This document shows, in pieces, positions 56,748 through 64,000 of a DNA stretch of 64,000 nt. A program made the translations under genes and the position numbers. Below the pieces are notes generated by a model. That model was not told the origin of the DNA, searched no databases, and saw nothing but the letters and a program-made list of their open reading frames with translations. Position 1 is the stretch's first letter. Each line of letters starts with the position of its first letter. This DNA comes from an uncultured delta proteobacterium (lineage in GTDB: Bacteria > Desulfobacterota > Binatia > UBA9968): positions 992,001-1,056,000 of the forward strand of contig CAVYTU010000015.1 of assembly GCA_963771465.1 (NCBI GenBank), in the 5' to 3' direction.

Positions 56748-57397
56748 TCATCTATGAAAGCTTTGTCAAGGTGGCTGTTAATTCCCGAATCGAGCACTCC
56801 TCGAATGTTTCTGAGTAAACCTATTCCCGTCGTCTGTCATTCTAACCCGATGGCGGCAAGGTGCGCTATGGGCGGGTGAGAAAGGACGTGAATCTTTATC
56901 TCAAGTGGGCCTTTACCGAGGCGGCCAACAGCGCGGTGCTCAACCGCGAGCGCTGTGATTACCGACACGTTGCCCGGCTGTATGAAAAACGTCAAAGCCA
57001 GACGGGGTCACGGCAAGGCGATTATCGCGGTAGCTCGCCACCTGGCCGAGGCCGCTTTTTGGATGTTGACAAAAGGAGAAAACTATCGCGAACCGATGTT
57101 ATCCACACAACGCTAAGCGCAGCCTGCTCATGGGTCCACTGAGACCCGCCCTCTGATTGCGACAGCGTCTCCGCTGCCACCGGGGTGCCGGGACTCCACT
57201 GCTTGGCAAAGTTTTTAATCGTTCCACGACGGTGCGCCAATTTACATTCCTAGACCTTGTGGCCTTGGTCGTTTTCCACTCGTGCCCAGGTGTAATGTTT
57301 GTGAACATCCAATGCGATATATTCCATTTGCGATTTCCTCCTCCAGCCGTCAGTCTATCTACCGACGCTGCGGATTTCATCGCTTTCATATTAATCA
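56748..57397 (-). mobile_element. Decayed IS110/IS1111-type element with internal deletion and inversion
   Basis: Transposase N-terminus MEYIALDVHKHYT (57327, minus, with a stop); C-terminus GGKVRYG...LKWAFTEAA...AVARHLA (56852-57116, plus, frameshifted); sub-terminal IRs TATGAAAGC/GCTTTCATA; TCA core at both ends. Confidence 0.85.
57118..57161 (+). ncRNA. Putative bridge/seekRNA target-binding loop of the IS
   Basis: CGCA[GCCTGCTCA]-GGGTC/GACCC hairpin-[CCTCTGA]TGCG; the two loop segments match the left and right flanks of the insertion site. Confidence 0.7.
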
Positions 57398-57488
57398 GAG
57401 GCACAGACCCATTGTCTTCACCACGGAAGGATCGCGCCTCGCTCCCTGTTTCAATTTTATCCGGGGAATCGGGCTAAACGAAAAACTT

Positions 57489-57526
57489 AAAAAAAGGGGC
57501 TCTCAGTTTCCCGAGCGCCCCTTTTT
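57489..57526 (-). terminator. Intrinsic terminator of groEL
   Basis: GGGGC.CTC...GAG.GCCCC stem flanked by A and T runs. Confidence 0.85.
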
Positions 57527-57547
57527 GCTCTGACGAACAATCGATGT

Positions 57548-59475
<1,928 letters not shown>

Positions 59476-59533
59476 AGCACCCTCCTCAAAAATAAAACAG
59501 ATATTTAGCTATCCAGAAAGAAATGGATGCGGA

Positions 59534-59562
59534 AAACTAATTCTCCCCAAGCCAATCGTCAA
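59534..59562 (-). promoter_or_regulatory. groESL promoter
   Basis: TTGACG-N17-TAGTTT. Confidence 0.6.
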
Positions 59563-59602
59563 GGGGGGAACGAAAGAAATTAGCAATTATTTACTTGGAT
59601 GC

Positions 59603-59980
59603 CTAGCTCTCAGGCTTGTATGGGGGCACCGCCAAGCTACGAATATAAGCGACGATATCACGAATCTGCTTATCGTTGAACGAATTGCCCCAACCAGGCA
59701 TAAAACTCGATTTTCCAACCGCACTGCCTCCTTTAGCAATCATGTCGACGAGAAATTTGTCGTTCATCTGATTCATTACCGCCCCGTTAGTGTGATCAGC
59801 GGGACGGACCGGCAAGGCTCGTCCGGACGGTCCATCGCCCTTACCGGTATCGCCGTGGCATGCCGAGCAAAAATTTGTGTAGAGCTTTTTCCCCTCGCCC
59901 TGATTCTGTCCGTAGCTGACTCCTGCGGCAGCACCGACCAAAATAAGCGCCAGTGATAATGCCATCGGTCCCGTCTTCAT
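59603..59980 (-). CDS. Periplasmic monoheme cytochrome c
   Basis: Signal peptide, CSACH, MPGW. Confidence 0.92.
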   Translation of the reverse strand: MKTGPMALSLALILVGAAAGVSYGQNQGEGKKLYTNFCSACHGDTGKGDGPSGRALPVRPADHTNGAVMNQMNDKFLVDMIAKGGSAVGKSSFMPGWGNSFNDKQIRDIVAYIRSLAVPPYKPES

Positions 59981-60143
59981 CTTCCCTTTTGCCTTTCAAA
60001 TGATTTGGGATTCCGTCTTTCCTAGCAGATTCCATCGTAAAACGACAGAGCCAGGCCGCCTCGTTTCGCCGGCCGAAAAGCTACCCATTAGACGGGAATA
60101 GTGATAAGTACTTCAGCGCAAAAGCTGAAACCGAGGGGGCGTC

Positions 60144-60764
60144 ATGATCAAAATCTGGGGCAGAACAGACTCATCCAACGTGCAGAAAGTGCTCTGGTGC
60201 CTGGGCGAGCTTGGCTTGCCCTTCGAACGCCAGGATTGGGGCGGCAAATTTGGCGGTAATAAGGATAATGACTATCTGGCCATGAATCCCAACGGCCTCG
60301 TGCCGACGATGAAAGACGGCGAGTTCATTCTTTGGGAGTCCAACAGCATCATGCGCTATCTCAACGCCAAACATGGCGATGGCAAACTCTTGCCGGCGAC
60401 GCCCGAAGGGATGGCCAACGCCAACCGCTGGATGGATTGGCAACTGTCGGTCTTGAATCCAGCCATCGTGCCGTTGTTTTGGAACCTCATTCGAACGCCC
60501 GAGGATAAACGCGATCCAAAAATCGTCCAAAACGCACTGGACAAAACCAGCGCCGCGTGGCAAATGGTCGAAAATCAACTGGCGCAATGCGCTTTCGTCG
60601 CCGGCGAAAATCTGTCCCTGGGCGACATTCCCCTCGGTGTTTGGGCCTACCGCTGGTTCAATCTGCCCATCGAGCGCCCACGCCAGCCGAACCTCGAAAA
60701 CTGGTACGAACGGCTAAAACACCGCAAGCCGTACCAGACTCACATCATGATCCCGCTCACCTAG
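60144..60764 (+). CDS. Glutathione S-transferase (GstB-like)
   Basis: GR..SSNVQKVLW, NPNGLVPT, LWESNSIMRYL. Confidence 0.93.
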   Translation: MIKIWGRTDSSNVQKVLWCLGELGLPFERQDWGGKFGGNKDNDYLAMNPNGLVPTMKDGEFILWESNSIMRYLNAKHGDGKLLPATPEGMANANRWMDWQLSVLNPAIVPLFWNLIRTPEDKRDPKIVQNALDKTSAAWQMVENQLAQCAFVAGENLSLGDIPLGVWAYRWFNLPIERPRQPNLENWYERLKHRKPYQTHIMIPLT

Positions 60765-60866
60765 AGACTGGGAAGTGGCTGCATGAAATAATCATTGCCG
60801 GCACTCAATGATAGCGCCAGGAGCGCGGACGGATCAGCAGGCAGATTTCGCCAACCGAAATACAGT

Positions 60867-62282
60867 TCACTTGCTGCCGGGAAACGTGACATCGATTTTC
60901 GCACCGCCCGAGCGCGACTCGGAAATTTGGATTGAGCCACCGTTGCGCTCGACAAATTTCTTGGCTAGCGGCAAACCGATACCGGTTCCACGCGACTTCG
61001 TCGTAAAGAACGGTTCGAAAACTTTCTCTCGGCTCTCGGCGGGAATTCCCTCACCCGTGTCTTCAATGGACACAACTACCTGCGGCGCCACGCCGTTGCC
61101 CGGTTCCGCGCTGGTGCGGATCGTCACCGTGCCGCCTTTGGGAGTCGCCTCCAGCGCGTTGGTAATCAATCCCATAAAAATCTGTTCCGCGTGGTTCGCG
61201 TCCGAGCGGACTTTAGGAATATTGACGCCAAGGTCAAGGCTCAGCGTAACCACTGATTCGGCAAAACGCGGCCGCAGCGTCTGGACCACGTCATCGATCA
61301 GCGCATTGACTTCTACCGCCACCGGATGCGGTTCCATGGGTTTGGCAAAGTTGAGCAATCCCTGCATGCGATTTTGCACCCGGTCAACTTGCTCGATGAT
61401 GCTTTGCAGGTTCGCTTTCATCTTGCGGCGCTGCTCGATGCTACTCTCCGGCCCGGCATCCAGCATCGCCACTTGCGCTGCGGCGCGAATCGATGACAAC
61501 GGGTTGCCAATCCCATGCGCTACCGCCGCCGCCATCTCGCCCACCGCGGCCATGCGCTGGGAAGCGATCAGCTCAGATTGCATCGTCAACAGATTTTGCT
61601 GCTGTTCGTCGATCTTGCGCCCGGCTTGCCGCACGATGGCGAACAACGACAAGTACAACAGGAGTCCGCCGCCAAGTGCACCCAACAAAACCACCAGTCT
61701 GGCTTCTCGTAGGTCACGAGTTATCGGGTCGGCGCTTTTGTAGGTTTCAAACACGCCTAATAGTTGGTTGCCGGCGGCGGAAAAGATCGGCACGTAAACT
61801 TCCACGGCTCCGCCAGGAGAATCGGGCTCGAAAACATTCTCGGTTTTGTCTAACGAGCTGATGTCCGCGACGATGTTTCCTTTGAGCGCCTGCTGTAGCT
61901 CGGGGTTATCGGCGAACGATTTTCCGACCAAACGCTTGTCGTCCGACCAAATGACCACCCCTTTAGGATTGTAAACCTTGAATCGGATAATATCGGGCAT
62001 GCGCCGCATGTGAGCCAGCAAGGCGGCGAACTTATGCCCCACCGATTTCCGGTCTAGCGCGGTGAAATCGTAGTCGTCGAGCAGTTGTTTAACATCGCCG
62101 CGCACCATTCGGGCGGTCGCTTGCCACTCATGTTCAAGAATGGAATTGATCAAGTAATTTGAAACAAAAAACCAAAGCGCCGCGGCCATAATGCCGATGC
62201 AAAGAAAGCTATGAAAGGCGAAGCGTGTCGTCAGGCTCACGTTCGACCACCGGGACCCAATCGAGCTAATTCCGAACTTCAT
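60867..62282 (-). CDS. Membrane sensor histidine kinase
   Basis: Two TMs flanking a periplasmic domain, H-box AHGIGNPL, N/G/F boxes (NALEA, DTGEGI, FFTTK, GTGIGL). Confidence 0.93.
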   Translation of the reverse strand: MKFGISSIGSRWSNVSLTTRFAFHSFLCIGIMAAALWFFVSNYLINSILEHEWQATARMVRGDVKQLLDDYDFTALDRKSVGHKFAALLAHMRRMPDIIRFKVYNPKGVVIWSDDKRLVGKSFADNPELQQALKGNIVADISSLDKTENVFEPDSPGGAVEVYVPIFSAAGNQLLGVFETYKSADPITRDLREARLVVLLGALGGGLLLYLSLFAIVRQAGRKIDEQQQNLLTMQSELIASQRMAAVGEMAAAVAHGIGNPLSSIRAAAQVAMLDAGPESSIEQRRKMKANLQSIIEQVDRVQNRMQGLLNFAKPMEPHPVAVEVNALIDDVVQTLRPRFAESVVTLSLDLGVNIPKVRSDANHAEQIFMGLITNALEATPKGGTVTIRTSAEPGNGVAPQVVVSIEDTGEGIPAESREKVFEPFFTTKSRGTGIGLPLAKKFVERNGGSIQISESRSGGAKIDVTFPGSK

Positions 62283-62356
62283 GACCGTTCACTCGAATTA
62301 CCGCGTCTACTATCATCACTCCTCCTACGGGTTTGCCAAATCGTCGACGTCACTGC

Positions 62357-62372
62357 GCAGGCGGGGTACCAA
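62357..62372 (-). promoter_or_regulatory. Possible sigma54 promoter of the kinase
   Basis: TTGGTACCCCGCCTGC with GG-N10-GC spacing. Confidence 0.4.
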
Positions 62373-62689
62373 TTCTGCCGCTGTTTAAATATCGCAAAGG
62401 GGCTGCTCGCCTTTTTGGAAACCCATTTAAAGGGTTTCACGCTGGGAGCAGCCAGGACGAAAGCTGAATCTCCGAAACTCGCCTCGCTCTTTATTATTTG
62501 GCCGGTCATGAATTTTCAAGGCGATTCAAACAAGATCGCTATCTGGTTCATCGGCGTTGCCGCTGTCAGAGACCAAAGCGCAAGCCGTGTTTGATAATGT
62601 CGAGTTAGCTGATCGGGCGTTTACTTGCTCTGAGCTTTCCGTCTAGCGAAACGCTCAGCCAATACTTAGAAGTCCCGCGCGAGCCAAGA

Positions 62690-64000
62690 CTAGCGACGAT
62701 GGTCCGGCACCGGGCCACTGCTAGTTCCACCGGTATCCCCATTGGTCGTGCCCGGAGTACAAGCCTCGGGAGTTCCGCTCCTGTCTTTTTCACTGTTGCA
62801 AAAAAAACCCTCCTCGTAACCGTCTTCTTGCGGATAAGGTTCGCCAAACTTCGAGTGGAGAGCGAGTTGGGTATAGGTTGGATTATTCTGTAGGATATTC
62901 TGAAAAAGCCAGTCGGGAATTAGTAGCATCAACATATTACTCGATCCACTAGCAGAATTTAAACTGGAGTCGAGCTTGATCGAATCGTCATCTCCGTTCT
63001 GACCCTTGGGACGGTCTAGTTGGAAAAGCGGAGAGGAGTTTTTTGAGATCAATTCATTCTTAGTCCCATTTTTTAGTGATGACACACTCGACTGATCACT
63101 TATATCGGTTAAGAAGACCTGAATGTCGGATACGGAAAGGAGTTTATCATTCGCGCTTTTAGGCTTGTTGATGTCGAGAACAAAATCGCGATGAGTGGTT
63201 CCACCGGTGTTGACGGTTGGCTCCTGGCTCAATAGTAGCGCGTGATTAAACGTATCGGTCGATCCATTGAAGATTACATTGTTGACCGTCGTGTTGTACG
63301 CATCCTTGACTAGTGTGCTACTCGAGGCCTTGATGCGGGTAGGCGACAACCGTAACGCTTCTTCATACTCATGCTGCGCCTGCGCGAACTTGAATTGCCC
63401 GACATAGACACCGCCCAGACCCATATGAATCGCTGAATCTTTAGGGTGATGCTTCTGAATGCGTTGGAACAGCTCCAACGTCTTGTCGTAATCACCTTTC
63501 TTATATAGAGCCCCGGCAGCGGTATACAGAGCTGACCGGTGATCGGGGTATTTTTCTAGAACCTTTTGTGCTTCCTGCAATGCCAAACGATCGTCGCCTA
63601 TGACCAGGTACAAGGCGGCTAAGTCTAATCTGGGCGTGAGCCAGTGGGGTCGTAGTTTAGTAGCTTTCGTTAAGGCCGTTCGAGCCTCGCCCGTCCGTCC
63701 GGTGCCCAACATCGCAATACCAAGAAAATAGTGAGCCGGGGCGTACCCAGGTGAATCGCCCGTCACCGTGGTCAGCAATTGGCTTGCTTTTTCATAATCC
63801 CCAGCCTCGATAAGCTGCCTGGCACGAAAAAACCGACCGACAATATCCTCGGGGTAAGCGTTCAAAATAGAATCCGTGTATTCTTTCGCCTGCTTCAGAT
63901 CTCCTTTACCAAAGGCGAGCTCGACCAAAACTTTTTTAGCTGCCATCGAGTCGGGCCTTTTCGCAAGTAAGCCACGATAGAGTTTTTCGAGGTGGTCAAA
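62690..64000 (-). CDS. TPR protein fused to a PEP-CTERM protein remnant; open to the window edge, possibly a pseudogene
   Basis: TPR repeats to about 63325, then YNT...FVLDIN, a Gly/Thr linker and VP[E]PSSLVL..AGLL with a frameshift near 62703; frame stays open upstream to 64000. Confidence 0.65.
   Translation of the reverse strand, partial: FDHLEKLYRGLLAKRPDSMAAKKVLVELAFGKGDLKQAKEYTDSILNAYPEDIVGRFFRARQLIEAGDYEKASQLLTTVTGDSPGYAPAHYFLGIAMLGTGRTGEARTALTKATKLRPHWLTPRLDLAALYLVIGDDRLALQEAQKVLEKYPDHRSALYTAAGALYKKGDYDKTLELFQRIQKHHPKDSAIHMGLGGVYVGQFKFAQAQHEYEEALRLSPTRIKASSSTLVKDAYNTTVNNVIFNGSTDTFNHALLLSQEPTVNTGGTTHRDFVLDINKPKSANDKLLSVSDIQVFLTDISDQSSVSSLKNGTKNELISKNSSPLFQLDRPKGQNGDDDSIKLDSSLNSASGSSNMLMLLIPDWLFQNILQNNPTYTQLALHSKFGEPYPQEDGYEEGFFCNSEKDRSGTPEACTPGTTNGDTGGTSSGPVPDHRR

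Larger units (their letters stand above)
56621..57447. repeat. Structured repeat copy B, bounded by 31-bp imperfect inverted repeats and interrupted by an IS
   Basis: 56621-56651 versus the reverse complement of 57413-57443 match at 25/31; internal part aligns with 4524-4630. Confidence 0.75.

Noticed and set aside
56780-56850. Donor-binding loop of the bridge RNA
   Set aside because: Only weak partial matches to the donor junction, and the region abuts the inversion breakpoint; not supportable by eye.
57361-57373. 13-mer ACCGACGCTGCGG shared with repeat copy A (4535-4547) as the IS boundary
   Set aside because: Sub-terminal IRs, the TCA core, the junction promoter and the restored hairpin all place the end at 57397; the match remains unexplained.
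59476-59600. CIRCE element upstream of groES
   Set aside because: Only half-like TAGCAC/TTAGCA fragments; no inverted repeat with a 9-nt spacer.
59873-59884. Near-copy (11/12) of the CTCTACACAAAC motif on the minus strand
   Set aside because: Lies inside the cytochrome c coding sequence (KLYTNF); likely chance.

Overview
Bacterial chromosomal window. Gene content (Rieske oxygenase, TctC-like and ABC solute-binding proteins, zapA-rny block) suggests a Deltaproteobacteria-like lineage, possibly Candidatus Binatia; this is inferred and should be checked with the 16S. Housekeeping blocks: a complete minus-strand rRNA operon (16S, tRNA-Ile, tRNA-Ala, 23S, 5S); tyrS-ymdB-rny-5-FTHF cyclo-ligase-6S candidate-zapA-zapB-like; queC-DUF58-BatA-VWA; M23-pgpA-cinA-thpR-recA-recX-alaS-yjbQ-phoH; htrA/hsp20/groESL. 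The main novelty is a ~19 kb NikR-headed periplasmic metal-handling cluster (19861-39206). It encodes a TonB-dependent receptor, an MFS, TonB, a His-rich RAPP arrest-peptide candidate, a CECC/CPH BNR lipoprotein, TlpA, three divergent Cox11-like paralogs lacking the CFC motif, three SCO proteins, an exported methyltransferase, VKOR-Trx and an exported rhodanese with an in-frame UGA at the catalytic Cys (probable selenoprotein). Second, a decayed IS110/IS1111-type element retains a readable bridge/seekRNA target-binding loop that matches its own insertion site inside an undescribed inverted-repeat-bounded structured repeat. Six single-base homopolymer frameshifts, including in tyrS and alaS, look like long-read assembly errors.
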